A stretch of DNA of 34,354 bases from contig CAVYAN010000121.1 in the NCBI GenBank assembly GCA_963766075.1, positions 1-34,354 of the forward strand, read 5' to 3'. The notes beneath the pieces were generated by a model. That model did no database searches. It saw nothing but the letters and a program-made list of their open reading frames with translations, and was not told the DNA's origin. The first letter of the stretch is position 1; each line of letters starts with the position of its first letter. Source of the stretch: an uncultured cyanobacterium. GTDB taxonomy: Bacteria > Cyanobacteriota > Cyanobacteriia > Leptolyngbyales > Leptolyngbyaceae. Position numbers and translations under genes: made by a program. Positions 26,335-34,354 of this stretch are shown here, in pieces.

Positions 26335-27006
26335 TCACGTGCCCTCAGCACGGATTGGTTTGAGAGCGTGGAAAAGCTGTTTCACTTGCTCCAGATCCTT
26401 GTCCCCGGGCGATCGCTCCACCCCGCTGGATAGATCAATGCCATCGGGTCTGACTAGGCTTAAGGCTGTTTGAACATTGTCTGCGGATAGTCCACCGGCC
26501 AGTAACCAGGGACAGTGCGGCCTAAACTGGCGCAACTGCTGCCAATCCAGCGTTTTGCCCGTTCCCCCAAACGCTGTTGGATGATAGGCATCTAGCAACA
26601 ACATATCAACCTCAGCCTCGTAGAGAGTCGCCTGGTGCAGGTCATCTGGCTGCCGAATGCGCAGGGCTTTGATAATTTGGGTCCCCGGCGGCAGGTGCTC
26701 GTAAAGATGAGCGCAAAATTCGGGGGATTCTGTGCCATGGAGTTGTACGGTGTTCAGGCGACCTTGCTCCACTGTGACCCTAATTTGAGCCGGACTGGCA
26801 TTGACGAACACGCCCACGCGATCGCACACCAGTTTTCCGGTTGCATCTCGGGGCAAAGCCTCCACGATTTGCCCAATCTGGTTGGAGGAAACGTAGCGCG
26901 GAGACTCGGAAACACAAATGAACCCTAACGCATCAGCACCCAGTTGGGCGATCGCCCGCCCTTGGTCAATCTGGGTGATGCCACAAATTTTGACGCGCAA
27001 TCCCAT
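26335..27006 (-). CDS. trpF: Phosphoribosylanthranilate isomerase
   Basis: RVKICGIT, SPRYV, VQLHGTE, LLLDA...GGTG, LAGGL and IDLSSGVE. An alternative GTG start lies at 27015. Confidence 0.96.
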   Translation of the reverse strand: MGLRVKICGITQIDQGRAIAQLGADALGFICVSESPRYVSSNQIGQIVEALPRDATGKLVCDRVGVFVNASPAQIRVTVEQGRLNTVQLHGTESPEFCAHLYEHLPPGTQIIKALRIRQPDDLHQATLYEAEVDMLLLDAYHPTAFGGTGKTLDWQQLRQFRPHCPWLLAGGLSADNVQTALSLVRPDGIDLSSGVERSPGDKDLEQVKQLFHALKPIRAEGT

Positions 27007-27143
27007 GGCACTCACAATTCACAAAATACTCACGGATGAAACTTAACCTCTGCCCTGTGCCTTTGCTGCGACCTTTCTTAAACTACCTGTTAAGTGTTAA
27101 AACAAATTCGTCCGGTTTTGCTAGGAATTCTCACGCAGATTTT

Positions 27144-27182
27144 TATAATCCGTAGTGGGCTGAAGTCCGACTCGGCCCACTA
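27144..27182 (+). promoter_or_regulatory. Putative psaK -10 box followed by a leader hairpin
   Basis: TATAAT at 27144-27149, then TAGTGGGC...GCCCACTA inverted repeat at 27153-27182. Confidence 0.4.
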
Positions 27183-27211
27183 AGTTTAACAATTTGTGAG
27201 GCAAAACCTGA

Positions 27212-27484
27212 ATGAATATGTCCCTTGTGACGGTAGTCGCCCTGACCGCTAAAACCACCGAGTGGTCCCCTTCAATAGGATTAGTGATGTCTCTTAGCTG
27301 CTTGTTTGCAGTGGCGATCGGGCGGAGTGCGATCCAACAACGCGGGGTTGGACCGGCTCTGCCAGTCGAAGTACCAGCGTTGTTCAAGGGCTTTGGGGTC
27401 GCTGAACTGCTCGCTACCATGAGTTTTGGGCATCTGCTAGGAGCCGGGATCATTTTGGGCCTCAGCAATGCGGGAGTCCTGTAA
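27212..27484 (+). CDS. psaK: Photosystem I reaction centre subunit PsaK
   Basis: T.EWSP..GLVM, IGR.AI...GVGP.LP and ELLATMSFGHLLGAGIILGLSNAGVL. Confidence 0.95.
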   Translation: MNMSLVTVVALTAKTTEWSPSIGLVMSLSCLFAVAIGRSAIQQRGVGPALPVEVPALFKGFGVAELLATMSFGHLLGAGIILGLSNAGVL

Positions 27485-27560
27485 CACCGGTCCGGATTGC
27501 ACCCCAATTTCACTGTAAAGTAGCTTACAGGTCCGGCTTACAGATCAGATTGTCAAATAC

Positions 27561-28088
27561 TTACTGTGAAATATTGTGCGTCCCAGTGGCACATTTCACG
27601 CCTCCGACCATCTGATATTCAGGGTCGGGGGCGTTGCCAACCCCCGGTTGGTTAGATTCACAAACCATGGTTTGCACCCGCGGGTCTTCTGACCCGACGG
27701 CAACGAGTCCTGCGATGCTGGCATAGGCTTTGAGGCTGGCATTTTTGGCAGCCGCGTGCTGAATCACATAGGTGCCTGCTGGCGTACTGGGGTTTGCCGA
27801 AACTGTGTAGAGATAGTTATTGCTGACGGTTGGGATACCCACCCCGAGCTCTTCAATCTGGTCGGCAAAACGAGCATTTTCTAAAAAGTAAGCTTGCTGC
27901 GCCCGGTTGATAGTGCCCAGAGTGGTTTTGGCCTCCACTTGTTTGGCTTTGCTAGTTTGACTGAGGAAAGAGGGTAGGGCGATCGCCGCCAAAATTCCTA
28001 GAATCACAATGACTACTAATAATTCAATCAGAGTAAATCCACCTTCGGCTGTGTTTGTCCGAAACTGACGGAACTGTAACCCAGGCAT
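27561..28088 (-). CDS. Type IV pilin (PilA-like)
   Basis: Prepilin cleavage motif G/FTLIELLVVIVILGILAAIALPSF, then KAKQ.EAK...G.INRAQQAY and a C-terminal Cys pair. AGGAG RBS. Confidence 0.93.
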   Translation of the reverse strand: MPGLQFRQFRTNTAEGGFTLIELLVVIVILGILAAIALPSFLSQTSKAKQVEAKTTLGTINRAQQAYFLENARFADQIEELGVGIPTVSNNYLYTVSANPSTPAGTYVIQHAAAKNASLKAYASIAGLVAVGSEDPRVQTMVCESNQPGVGNAPDPEYQMVGGVKCATGTHNISQ

Positions 28089-28270
28089 TACACAAAGGCT
28101 CCTGATCGAGTAGGGAGTGGAGAAAAACGGTGGTACATGTCTATTCTTTCATCCAAATTCGGCGGAGTCAGGATAACTACGGCCAAAACCTCCGAGAAAA
28201 TACGCAAACTTTATCTAGTATTTTGGGTGTTCATCGTAGCCACAAGGAAATTGCCTAGAGAAAAACACGT

Positions 28271-28336
28271 AGAAAACCGCGCAGAGAAAACCGCGCAGAG
28301 AAAACCGCGCAGAGAAAACCGCGCAGAGAAAATCGC
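28271..28336. repeat. 14-bp perfect tandem repeat (AGAAAACCGCGCAG) x4 plus a partial copy
   Basis: Units start at 28271, 28285, 28299 and 28313, with a partial unit at 28327. Confidence 0.95.
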
Positions 28337-28381
28337 CTAAAGACATGGGGCATTCTTTGCGCTATCCCATGTCTTTAGGCG
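28334..28381 (-). terminator. 16-bp-stem hairpin, probable terminator of the 28463-29017 gene
   Basis: CGCCTAAAGACATGGG...CCCATGTCTTTAGGCG, followed by ATTTTCT on the minus strand. A second hairpin lies at 28401-28427. Confidence 0.65.
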
Positions 28382-28462
28382 GCTTTTGCGTCACATAGAG
28401 GCAGGATACGGGTTGCCCATATCCTGCGGGGATCAGGTCTTACTGCAGTGCCATCACAAACC

Positions 28463-29017
28463 CTAAAACTTCAAACCGATCCCAGCCTGAACTGACACCG
28501 CTGCATTCCCACTGTTTCGGTAAGCATCAAAAGCGATGATGGCGTTGCCAAACAGCACTAAATCACTATTGGGTAAGACATAATCAATCCCGGGTTGGAG
28601 CACAAAGCTCGTTTCATTGCCCACGGGAGTGGTGGTTTTGCCATTGACCAAGGAGGCCCCGGCCCCCAGGTAAAGATCCGTACGCCAATTGAGGGGGATA
28701 TCATAGGACACCACCGGAACGATCGCCGTATTGTCTCCTATGAGCGCTTGAGCTCGGATCGAAATGGGTGCTTCGAGGAATTTGTAGCGCACAGCCAACA
28801 CGCCAGAGGTCCGGCTGGGTTCATCCTGCCCGCCCTTTGTTAATCCCACGGACGGGCCAATACCAATGTAGCTGCCGTAGGCGGCCTGGGCCATGGCTGC
28901 TGGGGTATAGCCCAACCCAGCAATGCCCACCACAGTGCTCAGGAGCGCGACTCCGCATCGCCAAGCGGCGGATTCTTGAAGATTTTTAGCAACAGTTTTG
29001 AGGGGTGACATTTTCAA
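28463..29017 (-). CDS. Small outer-membrane beta-barrel-like protein
   Basis: Signal peptide ending AMA/Q, SYIGIG, alternating amphipathic strands and the C-terminal signature GIGLKF. Confidence 0.72.
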   Translation of the reverse strand: MKMSPLKTVAKNLQESAAWRCGVALLSTVVGIAGLGYTPAAMAQAAYGSYIGIGPSVGLTKGGQDEPSRTSGVLAVRYKFLEAPISIRAQALIGDNTAIVPVVSYDIPLNWRTDLYLGAGASLVNGKTTTPVGNETSFVLQPGIDYVLPNSDLVLFGNAIIAFDAYRNSGNAAVSVQAGIGLKF

Positions 29018-29296
29018 TTTCTCCTGAACACCGGGGCGGTAAGGGCGAGTTTAATGATTAATTTAGCTTAATTTACAGCGAATGCAGCTATTTTATTCAA
29101 ACACATTCGCTTTAAAACGTACCCATAACCCCCTACAGTTTGAACAGAATTTTCTGAAGCGGTTGGCGATAATTTCCCATGAATTGTGTTTCTAGATCGT
29201 CTCAAGATTGATTTCTAAAATTGATTGCTGAATTTTTAGTCTCTCAAATACTGAAAATTCCTCAAATGCTGGTCCCTCAAATCCTGGCGATGGTGT

Positions 29297-31180
29297 GTGA
29301 TGTCTGATGCGCTTCCTCTGAACGATCGCTACCTTAATTTGATTAACCACATTGTCGAAACGACGCTGAAGGGACAAATTCGCTCGAAGGAGCAGGTCTA
29401 TCAAATGTTAGTGGATGAGGTGGGTCCCGGCACGGGCGATCTGTTTACCCAATGTTTGCGCGATCGCCTGCAAGCAACGCAATTGGAATTGGCAGCGGAA
29501 ACCAGCGAAATCCGGCAGGCGAAGGTAGGCCGTATTTTGCGCGCAATGCAAACCATTCAGGGCGAATGGGATCGCTGGCAGGCTCGCGATCGCGTCACTG
29601 ATAGCATTGCTGCCACCGTGCGGTTAATTACCGATGCGGGCTGGGGGGAGCGTTTAGGAGAATTTATTCGGACCATTGACCCCAACCGTCCACAATGCCT
29701 CAGTGTGGACCAGGTGAAACAATTGGGGGCGTTTTTGCGGCAGCACTCTCAGTGGACAGCGGACAGCGATCTGCAACAGGATATGCAGCAGATTGCTGAG
29801 GGCATTGACCGGGGCCTTAGATCCTGGCAGCCGTTGCAGGACAATTTGGTGAGCTGGGTCTATGATCGGCCCCAGGAAATGGGATTAGGCACCGCCGATG
29901 CAGCCAATCCCTGGTATGTCTGGTCGAAATACCTGAAAACTCCTTTTTTGCAGGACCTGTTTCAGCGAGTTTATACGAACCAGCCCCTAGTGGAATTTCC
30001 CATGGGCCTGCAACAGTTTGGCGTGGCGGATTGGGTGGAAATGGCGATCGTTCTGCAATATCTTCAGCAGGGGGCGATCGGCTGGTTCGATCGCCTGGTG
30101 TACAGTGCCCGTTTGGAGCAAAGGCTGGCGGTTTCGACGTTTATTCTGTTCGCCATTATTTGGTTCCAACTGTCCTACGGGTTTGAGTCTGCCCCCGGTG
30201 TGACAAGCCAAAACCGGGGGCGCTTTGCCGAGAGTTCCTTGCATATGGGATTACAAACCCTGCGTGTTTTTGCCCAACGGGCGTATTTCCCCCTTTATGG
30301 CGGGGGATTTGCGAGCTTTCCGGCAGAACAATTGCGCCGTGTGGTGAATTACTTAGATGAGCCGTTAAAAACTGTGGCGGGAGTAAGCGAAAAAGCCCGA
30401 ATCCTGACGTTAATGGGCTGTGCGGAACAATCCTACAGCCATCGCGATCGCGCCCAAGAGTTTCACGATGTGGCCCGAGAACTGGCGGTGGAACAGGGCG
30501 ATCGCCTGTGCGAAATTGCCAATCTCAATCACCTGAGCCGGATTAACATGCTGCGGGCCGTCTATGCCGAGGCCATTCCCCAGGCCCAAAAAGCATTGAT
30601 CCTCAGTCGGCAGGAGGGCGATCGCTGGGGACAAGCCAATGCCCTGATTAATCTGGGCCGTTGTGAAGTCTTGTCGGCGCGGCAGCAGGAGCAGGGAGAG
30701 ATCGCCGTCTATACGGGAGCCATGGCCTATTTGAACCAGGGCATTACCCTTGCACTAGACTTGGGCGATCGCGCCAGTTTAGCGCTGGGCTATAACAGCT
30801 TGGGGATTGCCTATGTGCTGACGGAACAGCCCTTGGAAGCCCTAGCGCCTCTGAGGGCGGGGCTAAAAGTCGCCGATGCCTGGGGCGACCTTTATCTGCA
30901 TGGTTCCGATTTGCTGTACTTGGGCGAAGCCTGCTACCGAATTCAGGAGTGGGATCGAGCCGTCTATCTGACGGCGGTTGGCATGTATTATCTCGATCGC
31001 GTGGCCTCCCATGAATGGCGACAGGCGGCGGGACTCCTCACGATCCTCCAAGGGCAAATGGGCGATCGATTTGCGATCGCCCTCCAGGAACTCGAATCCG
31101 AAATCGTGGCGGCAATTGGCCGCGAGGGCCTCGAACATATTCCCGTCCTGCTGGAACGGTATCGACATCCCGAGGAGTAA
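29297..31180 (+). CDS. Tetratricopeptide-repeat protein
   Basis: Helical N-terminus (RYL.LI..IV..TLKGQIRSKEQVYQML) and C-terminal TPR-like repeats (GDRLCEIANL, GDRWGQANALINLG, GDRASLALGYNSLG). Confidence 0.85.
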   Translation: MMSDALPLNDRYLNLINHIVETTLKGQIRSKEQVYQMLVDEVGPGTGDLFTQCLRDRLQATQLELAAETSEIRQAKVGRILRAMQTIQGEWDRWQARDRVTDSIAATVRLITDAGWGERLGEFIRTIDPNRPQCLSVDQVKQLGAFLRQHSQWTADSDLQQDMQQIAEGIDRGLRSWQPLQDNLVSWVYDRPQEMGLGTADAANPWYVWSKYLKTPFLQDLFQRVYTNQPLVEFPMGLQQFGVADWVEMAIVLQYLQQGAIGWFDRLVYSARLEQRLAVSTFILFAIIWFQLSYGFESAPGVTSQNRGRFAESSLHMGLQTLRVFAQRAYFPLYGGGFASFPAEQLRRVVNYLDEPLKTVAGVSEKARILTLMGCAEQSYSHRDRAQEFHDVARELAVEQGDRLCEIANLNHLSRINMLRAVYAEAIPQAQKALILSRQEGDRWGQANALINLGRCEVLSARQQEQGEIAVYTGAMAYLNQGITLALDLGDRASLALGYNSLGIAYVLTEQPLEALAPLRAGLKVADAWGDLYLHGSDLLYLGEACYRIQEWDRAVYLTAVGMYYLDRVASHEWRQAAGLLTILQGQMGDRFAIALQELESEIVAAIGREGLEHIPVLLERYRHPEE

Positions 31181-31223
31181 GGCCGTTGTGGCCCCATCGC
31201 CAACAGATCCAGTCAATTCAAAT

Positions 31224-32099
31224 TCAAAGTCTACCCCTGAGGGCCTCTAGAGCGGTGCGCAGGGGGGGCGGAGAGTAGCCCAAACAAAACGCGATCGCGC
31301 TGTTGAGGGAAACATCTGCGGGTCGGGGGGCAGGCATGGGGACATCCCGCTGGTGGCAGGCGGAAAGGCGATCTGTCGGCAGGGCGAACACCTCAGCCAA
31401 TAGACGACCAAAGTCATAGCGGGAAATCCGTTCTCTACCCCCGAGGTGCAAGCGGCCTTGTACAGAGGCCAGGGCCAATAACAGCCCTTGGGCGGCGGTC
31501 GTGCCACTGACCGGGGTCCGCACCTCGTCAAGGAAGAGCTGAAGCGCCTCGCCCGCTTGCAAGGTTTGGATAAACGGCTGCATAAAACTTTGGGCGGGGG
31601 GCGGGACCATGCCAAACATGAGCGGCATGCGACAAACCGCCGCTGAGGGATAGCGTTGCAAAATTTCCACTTCGGCTTGGGCTTTTTGCTCCCCATAGAG
31701 GCTCAGGGGGGAAACGGGATCGGTTTCTCTGTAGGGAGGCTGACGGCCATCAAATACTAGATCCGTGGAAGTAAAGACATAGGGAATCGCGCGATCGCTG
31801 CACAGGCCAGCGAGAGTAACCGCCACTGTCACATTCATCTTATGGGACTCGTCTGGATGCTGTTGGCACCAGTTGGGCTGGGAGTGGGCCGCTAGGTGGA
31901 TAACGGCGTCCGGGCGCAGGGTTTGGAAAAGGTGCTGGAGGGCCGTAAAGTCCGTCAGATCGAGCCGCAGCACTTTGGTCCGGGGTACCACCACCGGATG
32001 ACGCCATACCGTCCCATATACATCCCACTGTGGGGCGGCAGCCTGACACACATGCCATCCCAGAAAGCCACTGGCTCCAGTCACGAGAAGCTTTTTCAT
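31224..32099 (-). CDS. NAD(P)-dependent oxidoreductase, RmlD/extended SDR family
   Basis: LVTGASGFLG, HLAA, STDLVFDG, YGEQK (YxxxK) and APRP.DVSL. Confidence 0.9.
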   Translation of the reverse strand: MKKLLVTGASGFLGWHVCQAAAPQWDVYGTVWRHPVVVPRTKVLRLDLTDFTALQHLFQTLRPDAVIHLAAHSQPNWCQQHPDESHKMNVTVAVTLAGLCSDRAIPYVFTSTDLVFDGRQPPYRETDPVSPLSLYGEQKAQAEVEILQRYPSAAVCRMPLMFGMVPPPAQSFMQPFIQTLQAGEALQLFLDEVRTPVSGTTAAQGLLLALASVQGRLHLGGRERISRYDFGRLLAEVFALPTDRLSACHQRDVPMPAPRPADVSLNSAIAFCLGYSPPPLRTALEALRGRL

Positions 32100-32367
32100 C
32101 GGTTTTTCATCGCATTGGCTCGACTCTAGATTTCACACGCAAAAGCCTATTTATCTTATTTAATTTTCCCAATTGTCCCCAAAAGTGTTAGAACATAAGA
32201 GCGCTATGTAAACAATTATTAAGAAGCGGCGATTGGGCTTCGTGCCGCAGCGCTCTACCCCAAGCCCGTTTTCTGGGATTGTTTTGAGTAGCGGCACATT
32301 TCAACCTTCTCACAGCGTTGAGTCTCAGCTCAGTTTCACCCTGTTCATATATTAGGACTAGCGTACT

Positions 32368-32538
32368 ATGGCGACTCCCCAACCTACTGTTTCTCCCAAG
32401 GCCGATACTCCCAAGTTTGGCTTTAGCCAATATTCTGAACAACTCAACGGACGCGCCGCCATGATTGGCTTTGTCTTAGCCTTAGTGATCGAATATGCAA
32501 CGGGTCAGGGCGTTTTGTCTTGGCTTGGTTTGGGCTAA
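32368..32538 (+). CDS. hli: High-light-inducible protein (Hli/Scp one-helix protein), 56 aa, not in the ORF track
   Basis: Hand translation gives MATPQPTVSPKADTPKFGFSQYSEQLNGRAAMIGFVLALVIEYATGQGVLSWLGLG*, containing the ExxNGRxAMxGF chlorophyll-binding motif. Confidence 0.95.
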   Translation: MATPQPTVSPKADTPKFGFSQYSEQLNGRAAMIGFVLALVIEYATGQGVLSWLGLG

Positions 32539-32643
32539 ACCGTTTGCCTTGTCTGGGACCTTGTACAAGGCAGAGTTTGATTGATTTTGGATGGGTTCGA
32601 TGTCTTGACTTGTACAACCCTATAAATGGCCAGATAACTGTTG

Positions 32644-32672
32644 AGAGATGTGAGCGATCGCATCTCTTTTTT
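32644..32672 (+). terminator. Intrinsic terminator-like hairpin containing a HIP1 site
   Basis: AGAGATGTGA-GCGA-TCGCATCTCT followed by a T run. An earlier hairpin TGCCTTGT...ACAAGGCA lies at about 32546-32573. Confidence 0.55.
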
Positions 32673-32889
32673 CATTTTTTCAAGAACCCTCATGAGTTTT
32701 CAAGAACGCTCTGCCAGCGGCATCAGCATCCTTGGCACGAACAAGAAAACGCCCTGCTTTTAGAGACGAGTCGGCGAAATTGGCGATCGCACCGGCAAAC
32801 AACGCGATAATCTGATAAAGAGCGGACAGTGCACTCATCCATCCACGCTCTCCCCCTCAATCTCTCTTCCTTACTCACCCTCTCTCCCT

Positions 32890-34354
32890 ATGTTTGACGC
32901 GCTTGCTGACCGCTTAGAAGGAGCCTGGAAAACGCTCCGAGGCCAAAATAAGATTTCGGAAACCAACGTCAAGGAAGCGGTGCGAGAAGTCCGCCGTGCC
33001 TTGCTGGAAGCCGATGTCAACCTGCAAGTGGTCAAAGATTTCGTCGCGGAAGTAGAGAAAACGGCTCTGGGAGCCGAAGTCCTTTCGGGGGTGCGCCCAG
33101 ACCAGCAGTTTATTGAAATTGTTTACAACCAATTGGTTGAGGTGATGGGGGGCAGTAACCAGCCCCTAGCGCAGGCCGATCCGGCCCCGACGGTGATCCT
33201 GATGGCGGGCTTACAGGGCACGGGGAAAACGACGGCTACGGCAAAACTGGCACTGCATCTGCGGAAGGAAAATCGCACGACGCTGCTGGTGGCTACGGAT
33301 ATTTATCGGCCCGCGGCGATCGATCAACTGCTGACCCTGGGTAAGCAAATCAATGTTCCCGTGTTTGAACTAGGTCGTGACGCCAATCCGGTGGAAATCG
33401 CCCGCCAAGGCATTGAGCGGGCCAAGGCGGAAGGCGTGGACACCGTGATCATTGATACGGCGGGTCGTCTGCAAATCGATGCATCGATGATGGCGGAACT
33501 GGCCCAAATTAAGCAAATCGCCCAGCCCCACGAAGTGCTGCTGGTGGTGGATGCGATGACTGGGCAGGAAGCCGCTAGTCTGACCCAAACCTTCCACGAC
33601 CAGATTGGCATTACGGGTGCCATTCTCACCAAGATGGATGGCGATACGCGCGGGGGAGCGGCACTCTCGGTTCGACGAATTTCCGGGCAGCCGATTAAGT
33701 TCATCGGTGTGGGTGAGAAGGTCGAGGCGCTACAGCCCTTCTATCCCGATCGCATGGCTTCCCGCATTCTGGGCATGGGCGACGTGCTGACCCTGGTGGA
33801 AAAGGCCCGCGAAGAAGTGGACATGGCCGAAGCTGAGAAGATGCAGGAGAAGATCCTCTCGGCCCAATTTGACTTTACGGATTTCATTAAGCAAACCCGC
33901 TTGTTGAAAACCATGGGTTCCCTGGGCGGCATCATGAAGCTGATTCCGGGCATGGGCAAGCTGGATGATAGCCAGTTGCAGCAGGGTGAAGCCCAACTGA
34001 AAAAAGCCGAAGCCATGATTGGATCGATGACAGTCATGGAGCGCAAAAATCCCGATCTGCTGTCCAGTTCTCCCAGTCGCCGCCGCCGGATTGCCAAGGG
34101 GTCGGGCTATGGAGAAAAAGATGTCAGCGAGCTGGTGAGCAATTTCCAGAAAATGCGCAACATGATGCAAATGATGGGCAAGGGCCAATTCCCAGGGATG
34201 CCGGGAATGCCGGGAATGGGTGGGATGCCAGGAATGGGGGGAATGCCGGGAATGGGCCTACCGGGGAGCGGGCATCCGCAACCGGGGCACCGGGGCTATC
34301 CGGGAATGGGCGGCGGTGCAAAGAAGAAAAAAGAGAAGAAGAGAAAGGGCTTTG
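32890..34354 (+). CDS. ffh: Signal recognition particle protein Ffh, truncated by the window edge near its C-terminus; not in the ORF track
   Basis: MFDALADRLEGAWKTLRG, ALLEADV, GLQGTGKTT, DTAGR, TKMDGDTRGG, M-domain and a GMP-repeat/Lys-rich tail. No stop codon falls within the window. Confidence 0.98.
   Translation, partial: MFDALADRLEGAWKTLRGQNKISETNVKEAVREVRRALLEADVNLQVVKDFVAEVEKTALGAEVLSGVRPDQQFIEIVYNQLVEVMGGSNQPLAQADPAPTVILMAGLQGTGKTTATAKLALHLRKENRTTLLVATDIYRPAAIDQLLTLGKQINVPVFELGRDANPVEIARQGIERAKAEGVDTVIIDTAGRLQIDASMMAELAQIKQIAQPHEVLLVVDAMTGQEAASLTQTFHDQIGITGAILTKMDGDTRGGAALSVRRISGQPIKFIGVGEKVEALQPFYPDRMASRILGMGDVLTLVEKAREEVDMAEAEKMQEKILSAQFDFTDFIKQTRLLKTMGSLGGIMKLIPGMGKLDDSQLQQGEAQLKKAEAMIGSMTVMERKNPDLLSSSPSRRRRIAKGSGYGEKDVSELVSNFQKMRNMMQMMGKGQFPGMPGMPGMGGMPGMGGMPGMGLPGSGHPQPGHRGYPGMGGGAKKKKEKKRKGF

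Noticed and set aside
28271..28336. CRISPR array, or the 67-aa ORF 28137-28340 as a real gene
   Set aside because: It is a spacerless 14-bp minisatellite. The ORF is open only because the repeat lacks stop codons.
32520..32810. 96-aa ORF or SRP RNA between hli and ffh
   Set aside because: The ORF overlaps the hli end, crosses terminator-like hairpins and has no motif. I saw no SRP RNA helix-8 signature.
34189..34300. 9-bp GGAATGCCG-type repeats as a separate element
   Set aside because: They encode the Gly-Met-Pro low-complexity tail commonly found in cyanobacterial Ffh.
33324..34321. Minus-strand ORFs of 65-152 aa
   Set aside because: They are antisense shadows of ffh.
2340..34354. Abundant GCGATCGC as a novel repeat
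   Set aside because: This is the well-known cyanobacterial HIP1 palindrome; it is used here only as a host signature.

Overview
Most of this window (about 1,600-34,354) is ordinary chromosome of a cyanobacterium. The evidence is dense HIP1 octamers (GCGATCGC) from 2,340 onward plus psaK, ccmK3/ccmK4, an hli gene, Tic20/Ycf60 and Ycf21. Other recognisable genes are glmS, rpsF, moaC, trpF, tolC, glutaminase, a type IV pilin, tRNA-Arg(ACG) and ffh, which runs off the right edge. hli and ffh are missing from the supplied ORF track. The first ~1.6 kb is different: very GC-rich, HIP1-free and frameshift-ridden, made of three abutting IS pieces (an IS21-like end, an IS3 orfA/orfB and an IS5 C-terminus). 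It may be foreign DNA or a chimeric, unpolished contig end. The best candidates for follow-up are: (1) a single-domain HPPD/HmaS-like dioxygenase next to tyrA; (2) a REP-like hairpin amplified into a 20-bp tandem array, whose core also appears as an in-frame repeat inside a GGDEF domain; (3) a class II aldolase resembling the plant multidomain ketose-bisphosphate aldolase, beside a beta-hydroxyacid dehydrogenase; (4) a homopolymer frameshift separating an M23 peptidase from its signal peptide. I found no CRISPR array, prophage or defence island. All family calls come from motif recognition by eye; no database search was run.
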